A DNA stretch of 33,757 nt from Candidatus Caldarchaeum subterraneum (lineage in GTDB: Archaea > Thermoproteota > Nitrososphaeria_A > Caldarchaeales > Caldarchaeaceae): the NCBI GenBank assembly GCA_015661775.1, contig DQVM01000012.1, forward strand, positions 1-33,757, in the 5' to 3' direction. Below are positions 1 to 8,361 of the stretch, piece by piece. How positions within the stretch are numbered: position 1 is the stretch's first letter; the number at the start of each line of letters is the position of its first letter. Made by a program: the position numbers and the translations under genes. The notes beneath the pieces are model-generated. The model did not search any database. It saw only the letters and a program-made list of their open reading frames with translations, and was not told the origin of the DNA.

Positions 1-2
1 CA

Positions 3-269
3 GCCTACGCTAGGGCTGTGCAGCTAAGGGCCTTGGCTGAGATAGTGGGGAAGTCGGGCCTAAGCGAAGTAGACCTCAAGTACCTTGAGTTCGGTGATTT
101 GTTCGAGCAGCGTTTCCTCAAGCAGGGGTATGACGAGAACAGAACCCTAGACCAAACCCTAGAGATAGCGTGGGACATCCTCTCAACCCTCCCTGAAGGC
201 GAGCTGACAAAGATAAAGAAGGAGTTTATCGATAAGCATTACAAGCGTGGGAAGCCTCAGGGGGAGTAG
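3..269 (+). CDS. atpB: A-type (V-type) ATP synthase subunit B, C-terminal fragment (5' end lies outside the window)
   Basis: The frame is open from the window edge (frame 3: [16 protein letters not shown]...). The tail [23 protein letters not shown]...[21 protein letters not shown] resembles the conserved C-terminus of archaeal AtpB. Other ATP synthase subunit genes follow directly. Confidence 0.8.
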   Translation, partial: AYARAVQLRALAEIVGKSGLSEVDLKYLEFGDLFEQRFLKQGYDENRTLDQTLEIAWDILSTLPEGELTKIKKEFIDKHYKRGKPQGE

Positions 270-285
270 CGTAGGTTCTCTCCTC

Positions 286-296
286 CTCTTTCTTTT
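286..296 (+). terminator. Pyrimidine/T-rich tract (ctctttctttt) just after the atpB stop; candidate archaeal oligo-T terminator
   Basis: T-rich run 17-27 nt downstream of the TAG stop at 267-269. Archaeal termination commonly uses oligo-T tracts. Confidence 0.3.
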
Positions 297-303
297 AATT
301 CGG

Positions 304-310
304 TTTATAA
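304..310 (+). promoter_or_regulatory. TATA-like box (TTTATAA) for the 338..667 gene
   Basis: The box is centred about 31 nt upstream of the ATG at 338. This fits an archaeal TATA at about -26/-27 with a very short or absent leader. Confidence 0.4.
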
Positions 311-337
311 GGGAGTTAAGGCTCTAGAGTAACGGGC

Positions 338-667
338 ATGGTTGAGGCTGAGGTTTCCAAGGCCCTTGATACGCTAGTTGATGTAGAGAAGAAGCTGGAT
401 GAAGTAGGTGTTATGGCTGAGCGTTTTAGGCGGGAGTTGATAAGCTTCGCCGAGAAGGAGGCTGAGCAGCTGAGGAGCAGCATACTATCCGAGGCCTCCG
501 CGGAGCAGGAGAGGCTGCTGCAGATGGAGAGGGAGGAGGCCGAGAGGCGGGCGGCTGAGATAATGAGACGGGGGGAGGAGCAGGCTGAGAAGACCCGCAG
601 AGCCGTGGAGGATAGGTTTGAGGAGGCCGTGGAGCTCGTGGTGGATATGCTGCTGGGCAGGAGATAA
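338..667 (+). CDS. Small coiled-coil ATP synthase peripheral-stalk subunit (archaeal subunit H / V-type G-like)
   Basis: 109 aa, strongly Glu/Arg/Ala-rich and predicted all-helical (EKEAEQLRSSILSEASAEQERLLQMEREEAERRAAEIMRRGEEQAEKTRRAVEDRFEEA). It sits between atpB and atpC. Size and composition fit subunit H. Confidence 0.55.
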   Translation: MVEAEVSKALDTLVDVEKKLDEVGVMAERFRRELISFAEKEAEQLRSSILSEASAEQERLLQMEREEAERRAAEIMRRGEEQAEKTRRAVEDRFEEAVELVVDMLLGRR

Positions 668-672
668 GAGGC

Positions 673-1722
673 ATGAGGCTGAAGCTAGACCCCATCTACG
701 CGGTTGCAAAGTCATTCGGGATAAAAGGCCAGCTCCTACCCTACTCCTACCTAGAGGAGCTGGCGGAGTCAAGGAGTGTGGATGAGTTTGTGGATAAGCT
801 TAGGATAACCCCTTATGGGCAGCATCTTACGGATTTGAAGAAGCCATACGACCAGCTGGCTATAGAGAAGGCTTTGAGGAGGCACGTAATAGACGTGCAC
901 CACAGGTTAGTTAACGTAACACCTAGGGCTGAGCTTCTCTCAGTCTACTTCTACCGTTATGTAGCCTCTGATATGAAGGCTGTCTTGAGGGCTAAGGCTA
1001 TGGGGAGGGGCTTTGAGGAGATACAGCAGGGGCTTGACCTATACGCTGAGGAGCTTCTTGGGGTTAGGGATGAGGTGGTGAGAGCAGCCGCAGCGGCCTC
1101 GCTGGAGGAGGCGGTTGAAGAGCTTAGACGGACATTCCTAGCACCTGACGCGTCGTTGGCGTATAGGATATGGGAGGAGAGGAGGGACTTAAGCGCATTA
1201 GACAGCGCAGTATCTAAGGCATTCTATACGAAGCTCCTGAAAGCCTTCAAGAAAACCCCCAGAGGCGGTAGGGGGGATTTGAAGGAGTTCATAGCCTTGG
1301 AGGTGGATGGGTATCAGATACTGACGCTGCTGAGGGCCAAGACGTGGGGGCTTCCAGCACCGCAGACCCGTGAGCTTCTGCTGGATGAGCAGGTTAACCT
1401 AACTAGGGATTTCATAGATGATGCTGTGGAGGCTGAGGATATTGGGGAGGTTGTTAAGATGCTGGCCAACACTCCGTACCGTAGGTTGGTGGCCGGAGGG
1501 GCTGAGGGTTTGGCTGTCATAAGCTCGCTGGAGGAGGCGTTCAAGAAAGAGCTCTACAGGAAGGCTGGTAAGCTGTACAAGGCCAAGCCCTTCAGCATGG
1601 CTATCACAATAGCCACCGTGCTGTTGAAGGAGCTGGAGGCCAGGAACCTAACAGCCATAGCAATAGGGTTGGTGGAGGGGCTGCGGCCCTCGGTTATAGC
1701 TCAGAGCCTCTGGAGGGTTTAA
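673..1722 (+). CDS. atpC: A-type ATP synthase subunit C (V-type d/AC39 family)
   Basis: 349 aa. The N-terminus IYAVAKSFGIKGQLLPYSYLEELAESRSVDEFVDKLRITPYGQHL and the overall helical repeat pattern are typical of archaeal AtpC. It lies 5 nt after the preceding stalk gene. Confidence 0.8.
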   Translation: MRLKLDPIYAVAKSFGIKGQLLPYSYLEELAESRSVDEFVDKLRITPYGQHLTDLKKPYDQLAIEKALRRHVIDVHHRLVNVTPRAELLSVYFYRYVASDMKAVLRAKAMGRGFEEIQQGLDLYAEELLGVRDEVVRAAAAASLEEAVEELRRTFLAPDASLAYRIWEERRDLSALDSAVSKAFYTKLLKAFKKTPRGGRGDLKEFIALEVDGYQILTLLRAKTWGLPAPQTRELLLDEQVNLTRDFIDDAVEAEDIGEVVKMLANTPYRRLVAGGAEGLAVISSLEEAFKKELYRKAGKLYKAKPFSMAITIATVLLKELEARNLTAIAIGLVEGLRPSVIAQSLWRV

Positions 1723-2065
1723 CCCCCTCCCTGCCCTGCATATAGCTCTGCCACTTCTCCGCAGGGAACCTCCTCTCCATCTTCTCAAGCTCAGCCTCTA
1801 GGGCCTTAGATAGGTTGACGTTGAACCTGTTGGCCAGCTGTATGAAGAGCGTCAAGGCCTGGGCGAACTCGCTCCCCACGTCTTCTCCAGAGGAGGGGGC
1901 ATGCCCCAGCTCCTCCACCTTATACCCCTCCCTAGCCAAGATATGACGCCCTATCTCAGTTATCTCCTCTATTAAATGGGCGTATATCAGGGATTCCTTA
2001 AACCTCTCCCATCCACGTTCATGTTCAAAACGTAAGATTCTTTCCTGAAGTTCGTTTAGGTTCAT
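1694..2065 (-). CDS. MazG-like nucleotide pyrophosphohydrolase
   Basis: 123 aa. LNELQERILRFEHERGWERF...LIEEITEIGRHI...EDVGSEFAQALTLFIQLANRFNVNLSKALEAELEKMERRF has the MazG/NTP-PPase four-helix pattern (ExxE ... ExxD-like acidic motifs). Its 3' end overlaps atpC by 29 nt. Confidence 0.65.
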   Translation of the reverse strand: MNLNELQERILRFEHERGWERFKESLIYAHLIEEITEIGRHILAREGYKVEELGHAPSSGEDVGSEFAQALTLFIQLANRFNVNLSKALEAELEKMERRFPAEKWQSYMQGREGVKPSRGSEL

Positions 2066-2090
2066 GCCCTATGCTGGAGGGCTCTAGCCT

Positions 2091-2399
2091 CTATAAGAAT
2101 ATCTGTATATGAGGTACGCCGTCTATGTGTATTACAGCTTCCCTCCTAGCGAATCCAGCCTTTATAGCTGCCTCAACCGACTTCCTGCCCAGTATGTTTA
2201 TTATCGTCCCCTGCTTGATGTATTTCTCCAGCTCCTCCGACTCTACTAGAACACCGCAGTAGAAGGCCCTGCTCACATCTACCTTAGCACCGCCTGTTAT
2301 GGTCAGCTTCCTACCCACCAGCTCGCTGTCGCATATCGCCACCACCACTTCGCCGGAGCGGGAGTGGTGAACCTTAACCCAGCACAGGTTATCGCTCAA
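2091..2399 (-). CDS. DUF424-family protein (conserved archaeal, function unknown)
   Basis: 102 aa. WVKVHHSRSGEVVVAICDSELVGRKL...FYCGVLVESEELEKYIKQGTIINILGRKSVEAAIKAGF...HIDGVPHIQIF matches the characteristic DUF424 pattern. The apparent start is TTG. It lies 25 nt upstream of the MazG-like gene on the same strand. Confidence 0.6.
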   Translation of the reverse strand: MSDNLCWVKVHHSRSGEVVVAICDSELVGRKLTITGGAKVDVSRAFYCGVLVESEELEKYIKQGTIINILGRKSVEAAIKAGFARREAVIHIDGVPHIQIFL

Positions 2400-2531
2400 A
2401 CCCAGCCAAGACAGACTAACTTACGCTCTCTAAATAATTTAACCAGCTCAGTACCTCCGCGGGGTTTATAAGAAGCTAGCTATTTTCTCAAAGACTTTTA
2501 TTCCACCGATTAACCGTAAATAAAGGAAGTT

Positions 2532-2906
2532 ATGTTACTCCCCTCCGAGATTGAGTCAAAGCTCACAATACCTATGATAAGGGCTATTGTGGCGAAGAGG
2601 CTTATCTCGGAGCATGACTACACGCAGGAGGAGGTGGCTAAGGCGCTTGGAGTAACCCAAGCGGCTGTAAGCAACTACATCAGGGGAGTTAGGGGGGTTA
2701 TGATAAACCTGGAGGCTAACCCTGAGATAGATACGCGTATAGATGAGATAGTTGACTTGATTCTTAAGAATGCACCTCAGGCTGAGGTTGCTAAGAAGTT
2801 TAACAGCTTGTTGGAGGATATAAGGAGGAAGCGTATCCTGTGTGATGTGCATAAGAGGATAGAGCCTGACGTTGACGTTGACTCCTGCCATGTCTGCGGC
2901 GAGTAG
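2532..2906 (+). CDS. Small HTH transcriptional regulator with a C-terminal CxxH...CxxC motif; paralogue of the N-terminal module of the adjacent ThiR-like protein
   Basis: 124 aa. HTH segment YTQEEVAKALGVTQAAVSNYIRG. C-terminal motif C104-x2-H107-x11-C119-x2-C122. It aligns along its full length with residues 1-125 of the 2910..3854 product. Confidence 0.7.
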   Translation: MLLPSEIESKLTIPMIRAIVAKRLISEHDYTQEEVAKALGVTQAAVSNYIRGVRGVMINLEANPEIDTRIDEIVDLILKNAPQAEVAKKFNSLLEDIRRKRILCDVHKRIEPDVDVDSCHVCGE

Positions 2907-2909
2907 GCT

Positions 2910-3854
2910 TTAGCTCTGCTCCAAGTATCGTCTAGCTACGTTCTCAGCTATCAGCGTAACCTGTATAGGGTTTTCGCCGAAGATATAGGTTGCAGGCTCG
3001 TAGCCTAAACCCCCATCGTGGAAAACGGCCGCTGGTATTGTATCTAACCTCCTGTAAGCCTCGGCAACGCTGCTTATAACATCATCCTCAGTCAGCCTAC
3101 CCCCTCTACTCTCCACAACAGCGTGGGGAAGGTTAACCTCCCGGATTACCTGCTTCACCTTATCATCGTTCCTAATGTTTATAGCAGCCCTGACGCTCCG
3201 CTTAAACGAGTTAACAGCCAGGAGGACGTTAGCCATGTGTTGAGAGGCTCCGAAGATGGGTTTGCCAACAGCCTTAACCCTCTCGCCAACCTTAACTATC
3301 CTACCCGGAACGCCTGCTACGTCGTGTATAGAAGATGGGTTCTTGATGGAGTAAACCACGTTAACGGATACTTGGGGCATTATGTATTTGAAGAAGTTGG
3401 ACTGCTCTATCCTGAAGACCGCCTCCTCCAGCGTCTTTAAGACCTCCAGCTTATCTACGTCGTGTATATGTTTAGAGATGGGGGTTAGGCATATCTCGCA
3501 GCTGGATAGCTGGGGGTATATGCTTCTGTGGAAGTCGCATAGACGGCCCTCGGATAGCAGGGTGTTCCAGAAGCTGTACAGCGTCTCGTTAGCCCTCTCG
3601 GGGCTCTTCGTTATGTCTTCCATCAAGAGGTTTACCAGCGTCTCCACCTCCTCCTTCTTAAGCCCCATGCTGAGGAGGGAGGATACGTAGTGCTTCTCAT
3701 CCTTGGAGAGGCACTGGCTCACAGCTGACTGGGTAACGCCTAGAAACCTAGCTATAGATGACTGGGAATATCCCGCTCCCCTAAGCGAGTGGATTAACAA
3801 CCCCCTTACTGATGGAAGAAAATCCTTCACCATCATCTCGCAGGGAGGGAACAT
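2910..3854 (-). CDS. thiR: ThiR-type regulator: N-terminal HTH/Cys-His module fused to a ThiN-like (thiamine-phosphate synthase-like) domain
   Basis: 314 aa. The N-terminus has YSQSSIARFLGVTQSAVSQCLSK plus C106-x2-H109-x9-C119-x2-C122. The C-terminal half (MPQVSVNVVYSI...DVAGVPGRIVKVGERVKAVGKPIFGASQHMANVLLAV...AAINIRNDDKV...VFHDGGLGYEPATYIFGENP) matches the ThiN domain pattern. Confidence 0.65.
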   Translation of the reverse strand: MFPPCEMMVKDFLPSVRGLLIHSLRGAGYSQSSIARFLGVTQSAVSQCLSKDEKHYVSSLLSMGLKKEEVETLVNLLMEDITKSPERANETLYSFWNTLLSEGRLCDFHRSIYPQLSSCEICLTPISKHIHDVDKLEVLKTLEEAVFRIEQSNFFKYIMPQVSVNVVYSIKNPSSIHDVAGVPGRIVKVGERVKAVGKPIFGASQHMANVLLAVNSFKRSVRAAINIRNDDKVKQVIREVNLPHAVVESRGGRLTEDDVISSVAEAYRRLDTIPAAVFHDGGLGYEPATYIFGENPIQVTLIAENVARRYLEQS

Positions 3855-3902
3855 TCACGATATAGCTCTCAAAAGCTGTTAAAAATCTATCACGTAATAA
3901 CG

Positions 3903-3910
3903 CATATATT
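3903..3910 (+). promoter_or_regulatory. TATA-like box (CATATATT) upstream of egsA
   Basis: Centred about 30 nt upstream of the ATG at 3936, consistent with a leaderless or near-leaderless transcript. Confidence 0.4.
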
Positions 3911-3935
3911 GTAAGGTGAGTAGCAAAAGCTGATT

Positions 3936-4994
3936 ATGGTAAGCCTCCATGAGATGACTCTCCCTAGGGTGGTGGTTGTAGGAGAGGGGCTTGAGGGGGT
4001 TATCGTGGAGAGGCTCTCAAGCCTAGAGGCGGGTAGGTATTGTATTTTCATGCTAACCAGCCCAACGCCATACTCCCTCATAGCCCGTAAGATAGAGTCT
4101 GAGGTGAACGGCAGGGTTGATGTTGAGCTTGTTATGATAACCGGCCAGTTAAGCGATGAGGAGCTTGAGAGCCTAGGTAGGAGGGCTGTTGATGTGGAGG
4201 CTAAGGCTATAGTAGGCGTGGGGGGTGGGAGGGTTCTGGACGTAGCCAAGGCTGTTGCGGAGCTCTCTGGAAAACCCTTCATAAGCATACCTACCGTAGC
4301 TTCCCACGACGGGATAGCAAGCCCCATGACCTCAGTAAGGAGAGGGGGGAGGGCATACTCTAGGAAGGCGGTCATGCCAACCGAGATAATAGCTGATATG
4401 AAGGTGATAAGCCAAGCACCGAGACGCTACACCTTAAGCGGATGCGGAGACCTTGTAGCCAAGTACAGCGCTGTAAGGGACTGGTGGCTGGGCCATAAGG
4501 AGAGGGGGGAATACTACGGCAGATACGCTGCCCACCTAGCTTACCTAAGCTCCATCATAACCATGAGGAGCGCCCAGCTGATAGGGAGGAACAGCGGGGA
4601 GGGTGTTAGGACTGTTGTTGAGGCGTTGATAAGCGCCGGCGTAGCTATGGGGATTGCTGGGAGTAGCAGGCCTTGCAGCGGGAGCGAGCATCTGATAGCC
4701 CATGCTCTGGAGTATATGATGGATAACCCGCCTCTACATGGGGAGAGGTGCGGAGTGGCTACGGTATTCACCTCCTACCTACATGGGGTTAACTGGAGGA
4801 AGGTCAAGGAAGCCCTCAAAACCATGGGAGCGCCCTCATCGTTAAAGGAGCTTAAGATAGATGAGGAGCTTTTCGCAGATGCGGTTGCCAAAGCCCCGTC
4901 TCTTAGGGTTGAACGCTACACGATACTGCATAAGCTCCAGCTGGGTAGGGGGAGGGTTAAGGAGATTGTGGAGGAGATAGGGCTGGTTGACTAG
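3936..4994 (+). CDS. egsA: sn-glycerol-1-phosphate dehydrogenase (archaeal lipid backbone synthesis)
   Basis: 352 aa. Motifs VGVGGGRVLDVAKAVA and SIPTVASHDGIASP, together with the overall iron-type alcohol/glycerol dehydrogenase layout, are characteristic of archaeal G1PDH. Confidence 0.8.
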   Translation: MVSLHEMTLPRVVVVGEGLEGVIVERLSSLEAGRYCIFMLTSPTPYSLIARKIESEVNGRVDVELVMITGQLSDEELESLGRRAVDVEAKAIVGVGGGRVLDVAKAVAELSGKPFISIPTVASHDGIASPMTSVRRGGRAYSRKAVMPTEIIADMKVISQAPRRYTLSGCGDLVAKYSAVRDWWLGHKERGEYYGRYAAHLAYLSSIITMRSAQLIGRNSGEGVRTVVEALISAGVAMGIAGSSRPCSGSEHLIAHALEYMMDNPPLHGERCGVATVFTSYLHGVNWRKVKEALKTMGAPSSLKELKIDEELFADAVAKAPSLRVERYTILHKLQLGRGRVKEIVEEIGLVD

Positions 4995-6403
4995 GGTTTA
5001 GCCAAAACCCCGCCCCGCGTCATCTTCAGCAGGTCCAGTATCTCGTTTATCTTATCCGCAGCAACACCCTCCTCCAGCAGAACCTCCCTAACCGTCCTCC
5101 GCTCTGCTAAAACCCTCTTAGCTATTGCTGCTGCCTTATCATACCCAACCACAGGGGCTACAACGGTAATCAAGGCTGGGCTGGACTCAGCATACCCCCT
5201 GCAACGCTCAGCATTAGCTACTATACCATCTACGCATTTAACGGCCAGATTCCTAGCCGTGTTAGCCAGTATAATTATAGACGAGAGAAGGTCATACGCT
5301 ATCAGAGGCATCCCCATGTTAAGCTCCAGCTCACCTAGCTGGTTAGCCATCGTAATGGATACATCGTTGGCGATGACCTTGACGCATGCTAAGAGCGTGC
5401 TCTCAGGTATTACAGGGTTAACCTTACCCGGCATTATCGAGGAGCCGGGCTGGGTTGCGGGGAGCTCTACCTCTGCTAAACCTGTGTTGGGGCCTGAGCT
5501 GAGCAGCCTAAGGTCGTTGGCTATCTTAAGTATGCTCCCGGCCACGGTCTTCAAGGCGCCGCTGGTGGAGACGCATGCATCCTTAAGCTGCATAGCCTCG
5601 AACCTGTTCTCCGCAACCCTGAACTCTAGGCCTGTTTGTCTCCTAAGCTCCTCTACAACCAGCTTGGCGAAGTCTGGGTGGGTGTTTATCCCCGTCCCAA
5701 CAGCTGTTCCGCCTATCGGGAGCTCCAGCAGCTCCTCTAGGGCTTTCTTAACCCTCTCTATCCCATGCTTAACCGCCGCTGCGTAGCCGCTGAACTCCTG
5801 CCCAAGGGTGATCGGCATAGCGTCCTGCAGGTGTGTTCTCCCAGCCTTCACTACATCCCTAAACTCCTCGGCCTTCCTTCTTAACGACTCTTCTAAAGCC
5901 TCTAGGTTTGGGGTAAGCTCCTTAGCTATGAGCTCCGCAGCTGCTACGTGTATAGCTGTTGGGAAGACGTCGTTGGTTGACTGGCCGAAGTTGACGTGGT
6001 CGTTGGGGTGGATTAGGGTTTTATCACCTCGCCTACCTCCCATAAGCTCAGCGGCCCTATAAGCGATAACCTCGTTGGTGTTCATGTTAGTGGAGGTCCC
6101 TGAGCCTGTCTGGAATACATCCACCACGAACTGGTCGTCGAACCTTCCTTCAGCAACCTCTAACGCAGCCCTCTGTATAGCCTCAGCCCTCCCGGCGTCT
6201 AGGTATCCTAGCCTCTGGTTGGCTTTGGCCGCCGCGTACTTTATCAAAGCCATGGCCCTTATGAAGGCTCTTGGAAACCTCCAGCCTGAGATGGGGAAGT
6301 TCTCCACCGCCCTGGCCGTCTGGGCGCCGTAGTAAGCGTCTTTAGGTACCCGCATCTCCCCTAGGGTGTCCCTCTCTATCCTATACTCCCCTCCATCATA
6401 CAT
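4991..6403 (-). CDS. fumC: Class II fumarate hydratase
   Basis: Signature GSSIMPGKVNP and N-terminus YRIERDTLGEMRVPKDAYYGAQTARAVENF. The ATG at 6403 aligns best with known FumC N-termini. An alternative GTG at 6454 overlaps the pncB stop in a GTGA arrangement. Confidence 0.88.
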   Translation of the reverse strand: MYDGGEYRIERDTLGEMRVPKDAYYGAQTARAVENFPISGWRFPRAFIRAMALIKYAAAKANQRLGYLDAGRAEAIQRAALEVAEGRFDDQFVVDVFQTGSGTSTNMNTNEVIAYRAAELMGGRRGDKTLIHPNDHVNFGQSTNDVFPTAIHVAAAELIAKELTPNLEALEESLRRKAEEFRDVVKAGRTHLQDAMPITLGQEFSGYAAAVKHGIERVKKALEELLELPIGGTAVGTGINTHPDFAKLVVEELRRQTGLEFRVAENRFEAMQLKDACVSTSGALKTVAGSILKIANDLRLLSSGPNTGLAEVELPATQPGSSIMPGKVNPVIPESTLLACVKVIANDVSITMANQLGELELNMGMPLIAYDLLSSIIILANTARNLAVKCVDGIVANAERCRGYAESSPALITVVAPVVGYDKAAAIAKRVLAERRTVREVLLEEGVAADKINEILDLLKMTRGGVLAKP

Positions 6404-6450
6404 GCTATACCACGCCTCTACCTGCCTGCTGTCGCTATATACTCCTTTCC

Positions 6451-7665
6451 TCACCTGACTAGGGTTATAGGCTCTGGGTTGAACCCGTCAAGCTCGGCTA
6501 GGCGCTTTAGCTGCTGTAGAACCCTATCCCTTATCTCGTCCGCTGTAGGTGTTTTTCTCATAAGCTTACCGTTCTGAATCAAGGGTGTTAGCAGGGGCTT
6601 TACGCCGCCGCCGCATGCGGGGCATTTATCCAGCTCTTTGTAGAAGCTGGTTATTGTGTCGTGCATCTCCTCACACCGCCATACCTGTTTCCTCCCCGGT
6701 AGCTTCCCCCTCTTGGCGATGGGTTTTCCATCAACCTCCACGATATCTAGGGATATGTCTATCGAGGGTGGGAAGGCTATTGAGGTCCCTACACCGAACC
6801 CGTCTACCAAGTCGCGTAGCTCCTCTATGTGCTTCTCATCCACGCCTCCGCTGACTATTATCTTAACATCACGCCGTCCTACCGTGTCTAGGGACCATCT
6901 AACCTCCCTAACTATCTCCCTCATGTTCCCCCTGCGGGAGCTGGGGGTGTCCAGCCTGACGCCGTATAGCCTCTCACCCAGCGTCTCAACGGCTAGGAGG
7001 GCCTCCATCCTCTCATCCATCAACGTGTCGCACAGCATTATCCTGGGCACATCCGGCGGCATGGCCTCGTCGAAGGCCTTCCAAGCCCTCCTCTGGTCTC
7101 CTAAAGCCAGTATCAAGGCGTGGGGCATCGTGCCTACGGGTTTCTTCCCCAGCAGCTCAGCCCCTAAAGTACCTGAGACGGCGTCGCAGCCGCCTATGTA
7201 AGCGGCCCTATCTACCATGGGGGTTATAGCTGGGTGGACGCTCCTTATGCCGAAGAAGAGGATGGTCTTATCTAGGGCTTTCTGCTTAATCCTGGCCGCC
7301 TTGGTGGATACGCTGGAGTAGTGCCTCAGCATACCCAGTAGGGAGGATTCATACGTGACAAAATCGTAGTAACGGCCCTCGATAGCTAGGAGAGGCTCCA
7401 TGGCCCTGAATAGAGTCCCCTCCTCCATCGAGTATACGTTAACGTCTACGCCCTCTAGGAGCCAGGCAGCCTCCTCAACCCCTGTGAAGACTGCCCAGCT
7501 CCATGAGTTGGGGAGCTTATAGCTGTGGGCTTCAGCCACGACCCTAACCCCCTCCGCGTTAGCCAGCTCCAGTATATCCCGGGTTCTCAGGAAGTAAACA
7601 TCTGTTGCTGTACCGTCTTTTATCCGCATTTGGTCAGCTACGTATATCCTAGCGTCGTCTCCCAT
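6451..7665 (-). CDS. pncB: Nicotinate phosphoribosyltransferase (archaeal-type NAPRTase)
   Basis: About 404 aa from the ATG at 7665 ([32 protein letters not shown]...GTMPHALIL...[11 protein letters not shown]...VSGG). The longer ORF reaching 7821 would overlap pncA and adds a non-conserved basic leader. Confidence 0.8.
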   Translation of the reverse strand: MGDDARIYVADQMRIKDGTATDVYFLRTRDILELANAEGVRVVAEAHSYKLPNSWSWAVFTGVEEAAWLLEGVDVNVYSMEEGTLFRAMEPLLAIEGRYYDFVTYESSLLGMLRHYSSVSTKAARIKQKALDKTILFFGIRSVHPAITPMVDRAAYIGGCDAVSGTLGAELLGKKPVGTMPHALILALGDQRRAWKAFDEAMPPDVPRIMLCDTLMDERMEALLAVETLGERLYGVRLDTPSSRRGNMREIVREVRWSLDTVGRRDVKIIVSGGVDEKHIEELRDLVDGFGVGTSIAFPPSIDISLDIVEVDGKPIAKRGKLPGRKQVWRCEEMHDTITSFYKELDKCPACGGGVKPLLTPLIQNGKLMRKTPTADEIRDRVLQQLKRLAELDGFNPEPITLVR

Positions 7666-7688
7666 TCCGCATCCCTTCTTTCCCTTTT

Positions 7689-8282
7689 TTACGTGAAGCT
7701 GATTAAGTCGGATTTTGTTAAAGTTCCTCTGTAGAGGAAGGTTATCTGACGTAGGGCAGCCTTGTAGTCGAACTCGGTTATGGCTGATATGCAATCGACG
7801 GGGACTACTACGTTGAACCATCTTAAGGCGGCGCTCCCCGCTGTGTGTAATACGCAGATGTTGGCCACAGTACCTGTTACGACTAGGTTCTCTATCTTAT
7901 GCAGCCGTAGGATGTGCTCCAGCGAGGTTCCGTAGAAGGCGTCGTACCTAAGTTTCTTAACTATTATATCATCCTCCCTAGGTTTTAACGCATCCACCAC
8001 CTCAGCCCCCCACGTCCCAGCAAGGGCATGGACTCCCCATATCTTGAACTCAGGGTCATCCCCGCTATGCCAGTCTTGGGTGTAGATTATCTTAACCCCT
8101 GCCTCCCGCGCCTTCTCCAAGACCCGTGATATAGCAGGTATAGTATCGGGGGCTGTTTTTACGAAGAGAGAACCCTTAGGGTCTGCGAAGTCATTCTGCA
8201 TATCAACAACTATTACCGCTGTTTTCCTGGCGTCTAGATTAACCCGCTGAGGCTCTGGAATCTCCACCTCCATCCCTCTCAC
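7689..8282 (-). CDS. pncA: Isochorismatase-family nicotinamidase
   Basis: 197 aa. [21 protein letters not shown]...IYTQDWH...[15 protein letters not shown] contains the D/K/C catalytic-triad context of nicotinamidases. It lies immediately upstream of pncB. The start is GTG at 8282 or ATG at 8273. Confidence 0.75.
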   Translation of the reverse strand: MRGMEVEIPEPQRVNLDARKTAVIVVDMQNDFADPKGSLFVKTAPDTIPAISRVLEKAREAGVKIIYTQDWHSGDDPEFKIWGVHALAGTWGAEVVDALKPREDDIIVKKLRYDAFYGTSLEHILRLHKIENLVVTGTVANICVLHTAGSAALRWFNVVVPVDCISAITEFDYKAALRQITFLYRGTLTKSDLISFT

Positions 8283-8361
8283 TACCTCTCAATCTCAACT
8301 CTACATCACGGGAAGCTGTTATAAAACTTAAAAAACAACCGTAAAATAACACGCAGAAGGC

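Noticed and set aside
426-772. Two overlapping minus-strand ORFs (89 and 95 aa) antisense to the ATP synthase H-like gene
   Set aside because: The products are Pro/Ser/Ala/Leu-rich low-complexity sequences. These are the mirror image of a GAG/GCT-rich coiled-coil gene, with no start context or family resemblance.
2474-2481. AGCTAGCT palindrome in the DUF424/HTH divergent spacer
   Set aside because: It is a single 8-bp palindrome, which is well within chance expectation.
3866-3933. CAAAAGCTG direct repeat flanking the egsA TATA box in the thiR/egsA spacer
   Set aside because: There are two short copies with no dyad symmetry. A ThiR operator is expected to be palindromic, so this is insufficient evidence.
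3123-4375. ORFs antisense to thiR (105 and 102 aa) and to egsA (161 aa)
   Set aside because: They are shadow ORFs opposite genes with clear domain signatures and show no independent support.
5259-6332. Three plus-strand ORFs (175, 84 and 85 aa) inside fumC
   Set aside because: They lie antisense to a very confidently identified class II fumarase. Their translations are Ser/Leu/Ala-rich and motif-free, which is typical of shadow ORFs.
6585-7201. Plus-strand ORFs (89 and 181 aa) inside pncB
   Set aside because: They are shadow ORFs opposite a confidently assigned NAPRTase and have low-complexity Ser/Pro-rich products.
7666-7821. 52-codon N-terminal extension of the pncB ORF
   Set aside because: It overlaps the 3' end of pncA. 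It encodes a basic, non-conserved-looking peptide, and homology to NAPRTases begins at the ATG at 7665.
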